DNA of 56,130 bases from Clostridia bacterium (GCA_045656865.1 JAZOSB010000032.1:1-56130); one strand, 5' to 3'. Positions 19,164 through 30,086 are shown, numbered from the stretch's first letter. Numbers and translations: made by a program. Notes: generated from the sequence alone by a model not told the origin.

Positions 19164-19778
19164 TTATATCATTCCTATATAGGGGTTATTCATACGTTCA
19201 AAGCCTATGCTTGTTGACATTCCGTGTCCGGGGAAAACCCTCACTGAATCATCAAAGGTATCGAGCAAAAACTTTATTGACTGAAGTTCTGTCTTTAGGT
19301 CACCGAAATCATACCTGCCGATAGAACCGCGGAAGAGTAAATCTCCGCAAAAGAGGTTATCTCCACACACATATGTTACCGAGCCCTGACTGTGACCTGG
19401 GGTATGAAAATACTTTATCTCTGTATTTCCGAGGGTAATTTTCTCTGCAGCTTCAAGAGAAATTGCACCATTATAGGTTTTTACCCCTACTCCCGTAAGA
19501 AAGCTGAGGTTTTTAGTATTATCACGGAGCATTATCTCATCACCGCTGTGAATAAAGACCTTTGCCCCTGTTTTTTCAGCAAGGTCACTGACCGCACCCG
19601 TGTGGTCAAAATGTCCGTGGGTAAGGAGAATTTTTTCAAGGGTGCATCCCTTTTCTTCCAATGCACTTAAAATTTTCTCCGTTTCGTCACCAGGGTCAAT
19701 AACTACCGCCTTATTATCCTCTGTCAAAAGGTAGCAATTTACTCCAAGCTGACCTAAAACCAAACATTGTATATCCAT
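19164..19778 (-). CDS. MBL-fold metallo-hydrolase (glyoxalase II-like)
   Basis: THGHFDH, HTPGHS, GDLLF, PGHG. Confidence 0.92.
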   Translation of the reverse strand: MDIQCLVLGQLGVNCYLLTEDNKAVVIDPGDETEKILSALEEKGCTLEKILLTHGHFDHTGAVSDLAEKTGAKVFIHSGDEIMLRDNTKNLSFLTGVGVKTYNGAISLEAAEKITLGNTEIKYFHTPGHSQGSVTYVCGDNLFCGDLLFRGSIGRYDFGDLKTELQSIKFLLDTFDDSVRVFPGHGMSTSIGFERMNNPYIGMI

Positions 19779-19783
19779 ATAAA

Positions 19784-21949
19784 TTAACCTCTTGTTCTCT
19801 TTATGTCATATACGCCGGGAACACGGTGAAGTCTTCTGATAAGGCTTTCGATATGCGCTTTGTCCTCAACCTCAACAGTAAGGTCGATAAGGGCTGTTCT
19901 GTCCTTCAGTCCTCGTGCATTTGCCGCAACAAGGTTGAGCTTCTGTTCAGCCACAACACCGATAACATCTGCCAGAACGCCAGGTCTGTTAGTACATTCA
20001 ATACTGATTTCCGCACTAAAGGATGAGGATATGTCATCAAGCCAGTTACACTCTATCATACGGCTCTTCATATCTTCCGTAATGTTTTCGGGAAGAACAT
20101 TGATACAGTCGCATCTGTGTACGCTGACACCTCTGCCCCTTGTGATAAAGCCTATAATATCATCACCTGGAACGGGGTTACAGCAACGGGAAAGTCTGAC
20201 AAGACAATTGTCAACGCCTTTGACCTCAATACCGCTGTCGCTCTTTCCTCTTTTCTTACCTATCTTTGCGATAGCATCAGGAGAAATCTCCTCCTTGTGG
20301 TCATTCTGATAGCTGTCACGAAGTCTTGTTATAACCTTTGCCGCAGTTATTCCGCCGAAGCCGATAGCGGCATACATCTCGTCTACATTTGAGAAACCGT
20401 AACGTTTGAGCATCGGGTCAAGATACTTGCTCTTAAACAGTTCACTCTGACTCATTCCCACACGCTTGAGTTCTGTTTCAACGGCACTTTTACCTCGTTC
20501 AATATTTACTTCACGGTTTTCCTTTTTAAACCAGGAATTTATCTTGCTTCTTGCTGTGCTTGTTTTTACAATCTTAAGCCAGTCACGGCTGGGACCCTTA
20601 TTGGCACTTGAGGTTATAACCTCCACAATATCTCCGTTCTGGAGCTTGTAGTCAAGTGTAACGATTTTTGAATTAACCTTTGCCCCTGTCATCTTGTAAC
20701 CAACGGCAGAGTGGATATAGAACGCAAAGTCAATGGGCGTTGACCCTGCAGGAAGACCTATAACGTCACCTCTTGGTGTAAATACGAATACCTCATCGGC
20801 AAACATATCAATCTTTAAGGTACGCATAAAGTCCTCGGGGTCAACCGCTTCACTCTGTATTTCAAGAAGCTTGTTTACCCAGTCAAGATTTTTTGTATCA
20901 CCTGCTCTGCCCTCTTTGTACTTCCAATGGGCGGCAATGCCTCGCTCGGCAACCTGATGCATATCCCATGTGCGGATTTGTATTTCGAAAGGCTGACCGT
21001 CAGGACCTATTACCGTGGTATGGAGAGACTGATACATATTGGGCTTGGGCATTGCAATATAGTCCTTGAATCTGCCGGGGATTGGCTTGTATTCCTCGTG
21101 AACTATACCAAGCACCGCATAACATTCCGCAACTGTATCAACAATGATACGCACGGCAAAAAGGTCGTATATTTCGTCCAGAGTCTTATTCTGGTTATAC
21201 ATTTTTCTGAAAATGCTGTAAATGTGCTTTGCACGGGCGGCAATATGGCACTTGATACCCATTTCCTCCATTTTATCTGCAATAACGCCACGCACATTCT
21301 GTACGTAGGCATCACGCTCGGACTGTTTCTGTGAAAGTCCGTCTACAATTTCGTAATACGCCACACTGTCAAGATATTTAAGAGCCAAATCCTCAAGCTC
21401 TATCTTAATCTTTGAAATACCCAGTCTGTACGCAAGAGGAGCATACACATCAAGAGCTTCCTTTGCCTTTTCAAGCTGTTTTTCGGGTTTCATATGCTTT
21501 AAGGTACGCATATTGTGTATTTTATCGGCAAGCTTGATAAGTACCACACGGATATCTTCAGCCATGGCAAAAAACATCTTGCGGAGGTTTTCAATATGTG
21601 CCTCCTCCTTGGAGATACACTTGATTTTGTCAAGCTTGGTAACACCTTCAACAAGCATTGCAACCTGCTCGCCAAACTCCTCTTTCATACGGTCGTAGCC
21701 AAACTCCGTATCCTCAATTACATCGTGAAGAAGTCCTGCAATAACCGCCTGAGTGTCAAGCTCCATATCTGCAAGTATACAGGCAACCTCATAGGGATGA
21801 ATAAAGTACGGCTCACCGCTGTGACGGAGCTGACTTGAATGCATCTCTTTCATACAGGTGTATGCCTTAAGGATCAAGGCACGGTCTTCCTCTGCATTTT
21901 TATTATATTTTTTAATTTTGTCCATTAAGACTTCAAAAGCCTGATCCAT
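19784..21949 (-). CDS. relA: Bifunctional (p)ppGpp synthetase/hydrolase Rel
   Basis: LLHDVIEDT, KDYIAMPKPNMYQSLHT, AAHWKYK, TGS, CCNPVPGD and ACT domains. Confidence 0.98.
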   Translation of the reverse strand: MDQAFEVLMDKIKKYNKNAEEDRALILKAYTCMKEMHSSQLRHSGEPYFIHPYEVACILADMELDTQAVIAGLLHDVIEDTEFGYDRMKEEFGEQVAMLVEGVTKLDKIKCISKEEAHIENLRKMFFAMAEDIRVVLIKLADKIHNMRTLKHMKPEKQLEKAKEALDVYAPLAYRLGISKIKIELEDLALKYLDSVAYYEIVDGLSQKQSERDAYVQNVRGVIADKMEEMGIKCHIAARAKHIYSIFRKMYNQNKTLDEIYDLFAVRIIVDTVAECYAVLGIVHEEYKPIPGRFKDYIAMPKPNMYQSLHTTVIGPDGQPFEIQIRTWDMHQVAERGIAAHWKYKEGRAGDTKNLDWVNKLLEIQSEAVDPEDFMRTLKIDMFADEVFVFTPRGDVIGLPAGSTPIDFAFYIHSAVGYKMTGAKVNSKIVTLDYKLQNGDIVEVITSSANKGPSRDWLKIVKTSTARSKINSWFKKENREVNIERGKSAVETELKRVGMSQSELFKSKYLDPMLKRYGFSNVDEMYAAIGFGGITAAKVITRLRDSYQNDHKEEISPDAIAKIGKKRGKSDSGIEVKGVDNCLVRLSRCCNPVPGDDIIGFITRGRGVSVHRCDCINVLPENITEDMKSRMIECNWLDDISSSFSAEISIECTNRPGVLADVIGVVAEQKLNLVAANARGLKDRTALIDLTVEVEDKAHIESLIRRLHRVPGVYDIKRTRG

Positions 21950-21966
21950 AATATCACATCCGTATT

Positions 21967-23976
21967 TTAATACATAGCTTCAATTTCTTTTTTAATTCGC
22001 TGATATTCTTCACTCTTGTCAATTGAAACCTTTTTGCCTTTTTCCGTTTCAAAGAGTGTAATCTGCACCACATCACCAAGCTTGTTAAAGCTTAAAATGT
22101 TGAGGTCTTTAAATACCCTTAAAACATTTATGATTTTATCTCTCATAATACGTCTGCCCAGAGCATCAGTAAGCTGTCCTGAAAGGCTCGCAAGCTCTTC
22201 GCTGATGTTACCTCGCTGACGGATATATCTGTATATTTCTACAAAATCGTTTCTGTCGGGAAGGATATCCTCAATCTCCTTATGTGCGATTCTGATACCG
22301 CTGACTATTATCTGCAATCTTACCTGTCCGTTATAGAGATTGATGTTAAGCTCACCTGCTATGTCTACCAAGTCACCTACACAGTATTCTGATGCCATAG
22401 AGCCTGCACCGAAGGCAATCGCTTCTACAAGACGCTTATCACTTTCCACCAGAAGACGGCAATGCTTTCCGTCGGAAAGAGTCTTTACATCCACGATTTT
22501 TGCACCCATAAGGGCAAAAACCGGAACCTTGTTACCTGCACCGTAGGGGGCAAGAACTTCTGTTTTTCTTATGTTTGCGGCGGTTATATCCTCCACCGTA
22601 ATTTTTGAATCTATAAGTATCTGAGGAAGCTTTTCCTCACAATTGCAGGATGTTGCAAATTCGTTTAAGCGTTTGTCAAGCTCGGCAATATACTCTTCCT
22701 TAATGGAAAATCCTGCCGCATATGCGTGACCGCCGAATTTTTCCAATATGTCGGCACAATGTCCCAGTGCATCAAAAAGGTTAAGTCCCTCTACACTTCT
22801 GCCCGAGCTTTTACACCATTCATCCTCAATGGAAATAAGTATACAGGTTTTGTTGTACTTTTCACAAATTCTTGATGCAACAACCCCGATAATACCGTGG
22901 TGCCATCCGCGTTTTGCAAGTACAAGGACTTTTTTGTCCGAAAGGTCGATGTTATTTATCATTTCAACCGCTTCGTCAAATATTATTTTTTCCTCGTTCT
23001 GACGGTTTTTATTATCGGTGTCAAGTCTTATTGCCAGTTCCTGTGCCTCCAACGGGTCCTTGGTAAGGAGAAGGTCAACGGCAATCATTGCGTTTGACAT
23101 TCTTCCTGCAGCGTTAAGACGGGGTGCTATGGAATAGCTTACAACAGCACAGTTATTCCACTTTTGCCTCAGACCAAGGGTGGAAATAACAGCTGCAAGT
23201 CCCGTGTTGGGATTTGCGGAAAGCTTTTCAATACCGCGTGCGGCAATAATTCTGTTTTCATCCTTGAGAGATACCACATCGGCTATTGTACCCAGAGCCA
23301 CAATATCTGCATATTCATCGAGAAGCTCTCTCTCACTCTTTTCGCTTGCGGCACATACCAACTTGAATGCAACACCTACACCTGCAAGGTCCTTAAAGGG
23401 GTAGTCGCAATCTACTCTCTTGGGGTTGATAACGGCAATTGCCTCGGGAAGCTCCTGCTTGCATTCGTGATGGTCTGTAATAATAACATCGCAGCCCAGC
23501 TCTTTTGCATATTTTGTTTCTTCAAATGCTGTAATACCTGTGTCAACGCTTATAAGAAGCGTTGCACCGCCGTCGGAAATTTTCTTAACTGCGGCTTTAT
23601 TTATGCCGTAGCCCTCATTCTGTCTGTCGGGAATATACGCCTGCGCATTTACCCCCTGACCGCGGAGGAAGCTTACCAGAAGGGCAGTTGAGGTAATTCC
23701 GTCCACATCATAATCGCCGTAAACAGCTACATTCTCCTTTTTATCAATGGCTTCCTTGATTCGGCATACCGCCTTATCCATATCGCGAAGGAGATTGGGA
23801 GAGTAAAAGCTGTCTGAATTTTTATCCAGAAATTTTTTCGCATCTGCCGCATCGGTAAACCCACGGTTTAACAAAACCTTGGCAACGATTACGGGGATGT
23901 TAAAAAGCTCTGCATAAGCTTCAGCCTGCGCCTGACTGATGTTCTCATCAAGAAACACCCACTCTTTTTCGAGCAT
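21967..23976 (-). CDS. recJ: Single-stranded-DNA exonuclease RecJ
   Basis: GDYDVDG, TDHH, GTIADV, PRLNAAGR, GGHAYAAG. Confidence 0.97.
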   Translation of the reverse strand: MLEKEWVFLDENISQAQAEAYAELFNIPVIVAKVLLNRGFTDAADAKKFLDKNSDSFYSPNLLRDMDKAVCRIKEAIDKKENVAVYGDYDVDGITSTALLVSFLRGQGVNAQAYIPDRQNEGYGINKAAVKKISDGGATLLISVDTGITAFEETKYAKELGCDVIITDHHECKQELPEAIAVINPKRVDCDYPFKDLAGVGVAFKLVCAASEKSERELLDEYADIVALGTIADVVSLKDENRIIAARGIEKLSANPNTGLAAVISTLGLRQKWNNCAVVSYSIAPRLNAAGRMSNAMIAVDLLLTKDPLEAQELAIRLDTDNKNRQNEEKIIFDEAVEMINNIDLSDKKVLVLAKRGWHHGIIGVVASRICEKYNKTCILISIEDEWCKSSGRSVEGLNLFDALGHCADILEKFGGHAYAAGFSIKEEYIAELDKRLNEFATSCNCEEKLPQILIDSKITVEDITAANIRKTEVLAPYGAGNKVPVFALMGAKIVDVKTLSDGKHCRLLVESDKRLVEAIAFGAGSMASEYCVGDLVDIAGELNINLYNGQVRLQIIVSGIRIAHKEIEDILPDRNDFVEIYRYIRQRGNISEELASLSGQLTDALGRRIMRDKIINVLRVFKDLNILSFNKLGDVVQITLFETEKGKKVSIDKSEEYQRIKKEIEAMY

Positions 23977-24115
23977 ACGCTTACCTTCTTTCGTAAAAAA
24001 CTAACTATAATAGATTGATTATATCATATCTTGAGAATGGTTTCAACAATTTTAAAGCGAAAAGTATAATTATTATTTGAAGTTTTATACTAAAAATACC
24101 AAGGAGGTTTTATTT

Positions 24116-25090
24116 ATGTGTACTGCTGTAACTTATAGTTCCAAATGCGGATATTTCGGGAGAAATCTTGATTTTGAACATTCATTCGGTGAAAAAATAG
24201 TGATAGTTTCAAGAAATTTCCCTTTTGTTTTCAGGTCGAGGGGTGAAATTCCCTCACATTATGCCATAATCGGAATGGGAATTGTATCAAACAATTTCCC
24301 CCTTTATTTTGACGGAGCAAATGAAGAAGGCTTGTGCATGGCAGGGCTTCTGTTTTCCGGATATGCCCATTTTCACGAGGAACTAAAGGGTTATGATAAC
24401 ATTGCGTCCTTTGAGATTATCCCGTGGGTTTTGTCCCAGTGCAAAAGTGTTTCAGAGGCAAAGGAGCTTCTCCGAAAAACAAATGTAACAAGCCTTGATT
24501 TCAGCGAAGAATACCCCACAACACCGCTTCACTGGATAGTCAGCGACAAACATTCAAGCATTACCGTGGAGTCGTGCAGAGAGGGGCTTTTTGTATACGA
24601 CAATGAGGTGGGAGTTCTCACAAACAGTCCCACCTTTCCAATGCAGATGTTTGTGCTTAACAATTATATGTCCCTCTCCCCGAATCCCCCTGAAAATAAC
24701 TTTTCCGAAAAGCTGAAGCTTACCCCATACAGCAGAGGAATGGGAAGCCTCGGTCTTCCGGGGGATTTGTCGTCAACCTCGCGATTTGTCCGCGGAGCAT
24801 TCACAAAGCTTAATTCTGCATCCCCTGATGATGAGCAATGCTGTGTAAATCAGGTTTTTCACATTTTGGGAAGCGTTTATCAGACAAGAGGACTTAACAG
24901 AACCGAGGAGGATTTTCCTGAAATAACCTACTATTCCTCCTGCATAAATATGGATGAGGGAATATATTACTACACCACCTACGATAATATGAGTCTTAAT
25001 GCTGTAAAGCTAAGCGAACATGATACCTTGGGCGAAAGAATATACACTTTTCCGCTCGAACGAAAGTGGCAGGTAAATTTTCAGAGATAG
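24116..25090 (+). CDS. bsh: Choloylglycine hydrolase (bile salt hydrolase/penicillin V acylase family)
   Basis: ATG at 24116 after AGGAGG; N-terminal nucleophile M-C-T-A, GRNLD, LTNSP, LPGDLSSTSRFVR. Confidence 0.88.
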   Translation: MCTAVTYSSKCGYFGRNLDFEHSFGEKIVIVSRNFPFVFRSRGEIPSHYAIIGMGIVSNNFPLYFDGANEEGLCMAGLLFSGYAHFHEELKGYDNIASFEIIPWVLSQCKSVSEAKELLRKTNVTSLDFSEEYPTTPLHWIVSDKHSSITVESCREGLFVYDNEVGVLTNSPTFPMQMFVLNNYMSLSPNPPENNFSEKLKLTPYSRGMGSLGLPGDLSSTSRFVRGAFTKLNSASPDDEQCCVNQVFHILGSVYQTRGLNRTEEDFPEITYYSSCINMDEGIYYYTTYDNMSLNAVKLSEHDTLGERIYTFPLERKWQVNFQR

Positions 25091-25120
25091 TCAAACGGTA
25101 TTTTTCGACAATCTCTTTCA

Positions 25121-25149
25121 TTGACTATTAAGAGGTAAAAAGATATAAT
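25121..25149 (+). promoter_or_regulatory. SigA promoter
   Basis: TTGACT-17nt-TATAAT. Confidence 0.7.
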
Positions 25150-25169
25150 AATACTCGGAGGTGAAACCC

Positions 25170-25559
25170 ATGTCCGAGAAGCAATCTGAGGATTTTCAGA
25201 AAAAGGTTTCCCACTTGATTGTGAGAAACCAAAATATTTTAGATATCCTGACAAAATGTCAGAATTCCTGCGGAAAAATATGCCGAAGCACGGTTAAAAC
25301 GGCTACGGGGTGCGGCTGTCTTAAAATTGTGGGAGAAAAAAATCTGTCAGTATTTTCTGACGAAGATTTTGCTGGGAAAGCAAATTCGGGTACAGAGGGA
25401 AAGCTCTGCCCCGAATGTAAAGGTATCATTGAAAATGAAATCGGCGAAATGCTGTTTTATATTGCAGGATTGTGCAATGCATTGGGTCTGAGTATAAAAG
25501 ACATTATGAAAAAAGAAATTAAAAATGTAGAGGTATTAGGAAAGTACAGTCTTAGATAA
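25170..25559 (+). CDS. Conserved clostridial Cys-rich protein, possibly MazG-like (all-alpha NTP-PPase)
   Basis: GGAGG RBS; CGC..LCPEC..IENEIGEMLFYIAGLCNALG resembles the MazG EEIGDxLF helix. Confidence 0.6.
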   Translation: MSEKQSEDFQKKVSHLIVRNQNILDILTKCQNSCGKICRSTVKTATGCGCLKIVGEKNLSVFSDEDFAGKANSGTEGKLCPECKGIIENEIGEMLFYIAGLCNALGLSIKDIMKKEIKNVEVLGKYSLR

Positions 25560-25563
25560 ACTA

Positions 25564-25591
25564 AAAACGCTATGCAACTGCATAGCGTTTT
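25564..25591. terminator. Bidirectional terminator
   Basis: AAAACGCTATGCA-AC-TGCATAGCGTTTT between convergent genes. Confidence 0.8.
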
Positions 25592-25596
25592 ATTTG

Positions 25597-26019
25597 TTAC
25601 TTTCTTCTGCTTCCTCTTTTAGATTCAACATTTCTCTTAATGTCAAGCATTCTTGCATCGCTTGACTGCTTGAAGGAAGCCATCATATCCTCAAAGGACA
25701 TATCCTTCTGAGTGTTTTCAGAACCCCATTCAATTTCAGCGGGCTTTCCGCTGAAAGGTGCCGCCTGAGGACGGCGGAAATTATTTTCCTGAGCTTTTTT
25801 AATGGAAAGGCTGATTTTACCCTTTTCATCAAGGGTCAAAACCTTTACCTTTACCTCCTGTCCTACACTAAGATGCTCATTTATATCCTTAACATAGTTT
25901 CTTGCAACCTCTGAAATATGTACAAGACCTGTTTCTCCGTCAGGTAAATCAATAAATGCACCGAATCCCGTTATTCCGGAAACCTTACCCTCTACAATTT
26001 GTCCTACTTCCAATGCCAT
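25597..26019 (-). CDS. yabR: S1 RNA-binding protein (YabR/YugI-like)
   Basis: GKVSGITGFGAFI, GLVHISEV, KISLSIK, SFEDMM..FKQSSD; follows divIC. Confidence 0.85.
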   Translation of the reverse strand: MALEVGQIVEGKVSGITGFGAFIDLPDGETGLVHISEVARNYVKDINEHLSVGQEVKVKVLTLDEKGKISLSIKKAQENNFRRPQAAPFSGKPAEIEWGSENTQKDMSFEDMMASFKQSSDARMLDIKRNVESKRGSRRK

Positions 26020-26076
26020 AAAGGTGTTATACCCCTTTCAGTATATAAATAAATTAATAAACGAAATCCAAATGCA

Positions 26077-26394
26077 TCAATTACCCACTACAAACTGTGT
26101 TTCATCGTCGCGGATGTACCCCTCGTCACGGGCCTTGTCTTCATAAAATCTGTCGGAGGAGCTATGTGCGGCTCTTTCCTCAGCCTCTGCAAGCTCGCCC
26201 TCTTTAATAACTATCTCTTCATTGTAATAAGCCTGCTGTTTGCGGATGTCCAACAAGGTTTTCTCCTGCACTATGAAAGTGTACAGGAAACCGCCGAACA
26301 CCAGTATGCAGATTACCAGATAAATTATACTGTCGCGTGTCCATACGCGTTTCTTTCGGGTTTTGCGATTCAAAGGCTTTTTCACGCCCCTCAC
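26077..26394 (-). CDS. divIC: Septum formation initiator DivIC/FtsB family
   Basis: Basic N-terminus, single TM, coiled coil, EDKARDEGY; yabP-yabQ-divIC-yabR synteny. Confidence 0.75.
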   Translation of the reverse strand: MRGVKKPLNRKTRKKRVWTRDSIIYLVICILVFGGFLYTFIVQEKTLLDIRKQQAYYNEEIVIKEGELAEAEERAAHSSSDRFYEDKARDEGYIRDDETQFVVGN

Positions 26395-26443
26395 CTCTCA
26401 CCCTATAAGTATAACTTATAGATTTTCATTTGTAAAGATTTTT

Positions 26444-26932
26444 TTACAACATTTTAATTCTTTTTTTTAAAGCTTTCCGACGTTTTTTTGAATGTCTTGA
26501 AAGCTTTTTTTGTACCCTTTTACCAAGATGTTTAAGTTTTTTTATTTTCCTTATTATCCATTTTACGGGAATTGTAAGAAGCAAGCATAATTTCACCACC
26601 GGTTTAACAATGGTTTTTTCTATAAAACAAAAAAGAAAGCTCAGAACTTTCATAACCATACGGCTTAATGCGGCGGCATAAAGAATACCGCCGCACAAAA
26701 TCCCGATTATTTGATAGTACCGCATTTCTCCGTTGTTGTAAATAAAGCCCGGTGCAATTGTCATAAACACAGTAAAGACAGCAAATACGAAGTCCTCTAC
26801 AAGAGTACGGGCAGTGCCTGCGGCAAACTTTTTCCTCAAAAGCCTCTGCACATCAAAAAATGTTCCGCATATAAGCCCCGACAATACATAAATAAAAAAT
26901 ACGTTGACCTGATGGGATGATGATACCTCCAT
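26444..26932 (-). CDS. yabQ: Spore cortex biosynthesis protein YabQ
   Basis: Multi-TM; G..FD..R, ED..F, NNGEMRYY; downstream of yabP. Confidence 0.82.
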   Translation of the reverse strand: MEVSSSHQVNVFFIYVLSGLICGTFFDVQRLLRKKFAAGTARTLVEDFVFAVFTVFMTIAPGFIYNNGEMRYYQIIGILCGGILYAAALSRMVMKVLSFLFCFIEKTIVKPVVKLCLLLTIPVKWIIRKIKKLKHLGKRVQKKLSRHSKKRRKALKKRIKML

Positions 26933-27207
26933 TATTTAAGCACCCTTTTTAAGAAGCTTTCTCTATCGCCTTTTCCCTCGGAATAAACGCAGCCTGATAT
27001 TTCTCCCTCAATAAAAATTTCTCCTGTTTCCGTGGAAAGCTTCTTAACCTTCATCCCTTTTCCCGTAACGGTCAGAAGATGTCCGTCAGTAACGAGGACA
27101 ATTCTCTCAGGAGAAAAGGTTTCCACATCACGGATTCCTCCCGCCGTCATTTTTGCACGATTTTCGATGATGATATTACCTATCTTTTTGTTTGTGATTT
27201 CTGTCAT
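26932..27207 (-). CDS. yabP: Sporulation protein YabP
   Basis: IENR..GIRDVETF, LTVTGKGMKVKKL, GEI..Y, SFLKRVLK. Confidence 0.85.
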   Translation of the reverse strand: MTEITNKKIGNIIIENRAKMTAGGIRDVETFSPERIVLVTDGHLLTVTGKGMKVKKLSTETGEIFIEGEISGCVYSEGKGDRESFLKRVLK

Positions 27208-27210
27208 AAT

Positions 27211-27254
27211 AAAAACCCCCTTGTATTTAATTCTATTTAATACAAAGGGGTTTT
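27211..27254 (-). terminator. uvrBA terminator hairpin overlapping the yabP RBS and a possible SigE promoter
   Basis: Minus strand AAAACCCCTTTGTATT..AATACAAGGGGGTTTTT followed by ATT-ATG. Confidence 0.65.
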
Positions 27255-27257
27255 ATG

Positions 27258-30086
27258 TTATTTAGTTAAGAGCTTTTTCAGGAACATTCCTGTATAGGAT
27301 TTCGGGTTTTCTGCCACCTCTTCGGGTGTACCCTCGGCTACAATTGTGCCGCCGTTGTCTCCACCCTCGGGACCCAGGTCAATTATGTGGTCGGCTGTTT
27401 TTATAACATCCAGGTTATGCTCGATTACCAGAACTGTATTACCCTCTTCAACAAATCTGTTGAGGACATTTATCAGCCTGTGAACATCGGCACTGTGAAG
27501 TCCCGTAGTAGGCTCGTCGAGAATATAGATTGTCTTTCCCGTGGAGCGTTTTGAAAGCTCGGTTGCGAGCTTTACCCTTTGTGCCTCACCGCCCGAAAGA
27601 GTGGTTGAGGACTGACCGAGCTTAATGTAACCAAGACCTACATCCTTTATTGTCTGAAGCTTGTTTTTTATCTTGGGAATAGCTTCAAAAAAATCTGTGG
27701 CTTCGTCAATGGTCATATCGAGAACTTCAAATATATTCTTGCCCTTGTAATGAACATCCAATGTTTCACGGTTATATCGTTTTCCTTTACAAACCTCACA
27801 GGGCACGTACACATCGGGAAGAAAGTGCATCTCGATTTTCAGTATACCGTCACCTGTGCAAGCTTCACATCTGCCTCCGCGGACATTGAAGCTGAATCGT
27901 CCCTGATTGTAGCCTCTTGCCTTTGCCTCGGGAGTCTGTGCGAAAAGCTCGCGTATATCGTTGAATACTCCTGTGTAGGTTGCAGGATTTGAACGTGGTG
28001 TACGACCGATAGGCGACTGGTCAATATCGATAACCTTGTCAAGATTTTCTATTCCCTCAACGGTTTTGTGCTTGCCGGGAACAGCCTTGGAATGGTTAAG
28101 CTTATACGCAAGGTGCTTGTACACAACCTCGTTTACAAGAGAACTCTTGCCGCTTCCCGAAACACCCGTTACACAAACAAACTTTCCTAAGGGAATGTCT
28201 ACATTTATACCCTTGAGGTTGTTTTCCTCCGCTTTAACGACAGTTATTTTCTTTCCGTTACCCTTACGTCTTACTTCGGGAACTTCAATTTTCTTTCGTC
28301 CGCTTAAGTAGTCACCCGTAAGGGAGTCTTTATTATTCATAATGTCTTCTACAGTGCCCTGTGCAATAATTTCACCGCCGTGCACACCTGCCCCCGGCCC
28401 TACATCTACAATGTAGTCTGCGGCAAACATAGTGTCCTCATCGTGTTCCACTACGATAAGGGTATTTCCCATATCACGGAGAGATTTAAGAGCATCAATG
28501 AGCTTGTTGTTGTCACGCTGATGAAGACCGATACTCGGCTCGTCAAGGATGTACAAAACACCCACAAGACCGGAGCCTATCTGTGTTGCAAGGCGGATCC
28601 TCTGTGACTCACCGCCCGAAAGAGTTCCTGCTGAACGTGAAAGTGTCAGATATTCAAGTCCTACATTGTTGAGGAAGCCTATACGGGCATTGATTTCCTT
28701 TAATATTTCCTCGGCAATGATTGATTGCTGTTTATCAAGCGTTATGTTGTCGAAAAATTCTTTTGACTTCGTTATTGAAAGGTTACATACCTCGTCAATG
28801 TTCTTTCCTTCAACTGTAACGGCAAGACTCTCCCTGCGGAGTCTTTTTCCCTTACAAGAATCACAGGGAATCTCGCGCATAAGACCTTCAATATCCCACT
28901 TAGCCCACTCGCTGTCCGTTTCGTCATAACGGCGCTGGAGATTGGTAACAATGCCCTCAAAGGGAGTCATATACCTGGAAAGTCCGCGCTTCCCCATATG
29001 CTCGATTTCAATTTCTTCACCCTTTGTTCCGTACAGAATTATATCGATAACCTCTTGGGGCAGATTCTTGACGGGGGTGTTAAGGCTGAAATCATACTTT
29101 TTCGCAAGTCCGCGGAAGGTGGCATTCGCCATACTTCCGTCTTTGTCGGGGGCACGCCATCCGCTGACAGAAAATGCACCCTCCAGAATTGAAAGCTCGT
29201 CACTTATGAGAACCAACGAGGGGTCAACACGTTTCAAAAGACCAATACCGCTGCAACGCGGGCAGGCACCTAAGGGATTGTTGAACGAGAACATGCGGGG
29301 AGAAAGCTCCTCCAAACTGATTCCGCAATCCTCACAGGCGTAGTTACGGCTAAAGGTAAGCTCCTCCTCACCGTTTAATATCATAACAATACCATCTGCC
29401 TGATGAAGTGCTATTTCAACGGAGTCTGCAAGTCGGGTGCGGATGCCGTCCTTTACCACAAGACGGTCAACAACAATTTCTATGTTGTGCTTTTTCTGTT
29501 TTTCAAGCTCTATTTCTTCTGAAAGGTCGTAAATAATTCCGTCAACACGGACACGGACATAACCGCTTTTACGGGCAGCTTCAAAAATTTTCTGATGCTC
29601 ACCTTTTTTTCTTCGTACAACTGGGGCAAGAATCTGCACCCTGCTTCCCTCGGGAAGTGCAAGCACCTTGTCCACAATCTGGTCAAGTGACTGCTGAGTG
29701 ATAACCTTTCCGCATTCGGGACAGTGGGGAACACCCACCCTTGCGTACAAAAGACGGAGGTAGTCGTATATTTCCGTTACCGTACCAACCGTTGAACGGG
29801 GATTTTTGTTGGTCGTCTTCTGGTCTATGCTGATGGCAGGGCTGAGCCCCTCTATATAATCCACCTCAGGCTTTTCCATCTGACCGAGGAACATTCGCGC
29901 GTATGAGGAAAGCGATTCCACATAACGGCGCTGCCCTTCTGCATAGATAGTGTCAAATGCAAGAGAGGTCTTTCCGCTTCCCGATACTCCCGTGAAAACA
30001 ATAAATTTGTCACGGGGAATGGTGAGGTCAATGTTTTTGAGGTTGTTTTCCCTTGCACCCTGTATTACAATTTCTTCTTTTCTCAT
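27258..30086 (-). CDS. uvrA: Excinuclease ABC subunit A
   Basis: [16 protein letters not shown], two LSGGE signatures, Zn fingers. Confidence 0.99.
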   Translation of the reverse strand: MRKEEIVIQGARENNLKNIDLTIPRDKFIVFTGVSGSGKTSLAFDTIYAEGQRRYVESLSSYARMFLGQMEKPEVDYIEGLSPAISIDQKTTNKNPRSTVGTVTEIYDYLRLLYARVGVPHCPECGKVITQQSLDQIVDKVLALPEGSRVQILAPVVRRKKGEHQKIFEAARKSGYVRVRVDGIIYDLSEEIELEKQKKHNIEIVVDRLVVKDGIRTRLADSVEIALHQADGIVMILNGEEELTFSRNYACEDCGISLEELSPRMFSFNNPLGACPRCSGIGLLKRVDPSLVLISDELSILEGAFSVSGWRAPDKDGSMANATFRGLAKKYDFSLNTPVKNLPQEVIDIILYGTKGEEIEIEHMGKRGLSRYMTPFEGIVTNLQRRYDETDSEWAKWDIEGLMREIPCDSCKGKRLRRESLAVTVEGKNIDEVCNLSITKSKEFFDNITLDKQQSIIAEEILKEINARIGFLNNVGLEYLTLSRSAGTLSGGESQRIRLATQIGSGLVGVLYILDEPSIGLHQRDNNKLIDALKSLRDMGNTLIVVEHDEDTMFAADYIVDVGPGAGVHGGEIIAQGTVEDIMNNKDSLTGDYLSGRKKIEVPEVRRKGNGKKITVVKAEENNLKGINVDIPLGKFVCVTGVSGSGKSSLVNEVVYKHLAYKLNHSKAVPGKHKTVEGIENLDKVIDIDQSPIGRTPRSNPATYTGVFNDIRELFAQTPEAKARGYNQGRFSFNVRGGRCEACTGDGILKIEMHFLPDVYVPCEVCKGKRYNRETLDVHYKGKNIFEVLDMTIDEATDFFEAIPKIKNKLQTIKDVGLGYIKLGQSSTTLSGGEAQRVKLATELSKRSTGKTIYILDEPTTGLHSADVHRLINVLNRFVEEGNTVLVIEHNLDVIKTADHIIDLGPEGGDNGGTIVAEGTPEEVAENPKSYTGMFLKKLLTK

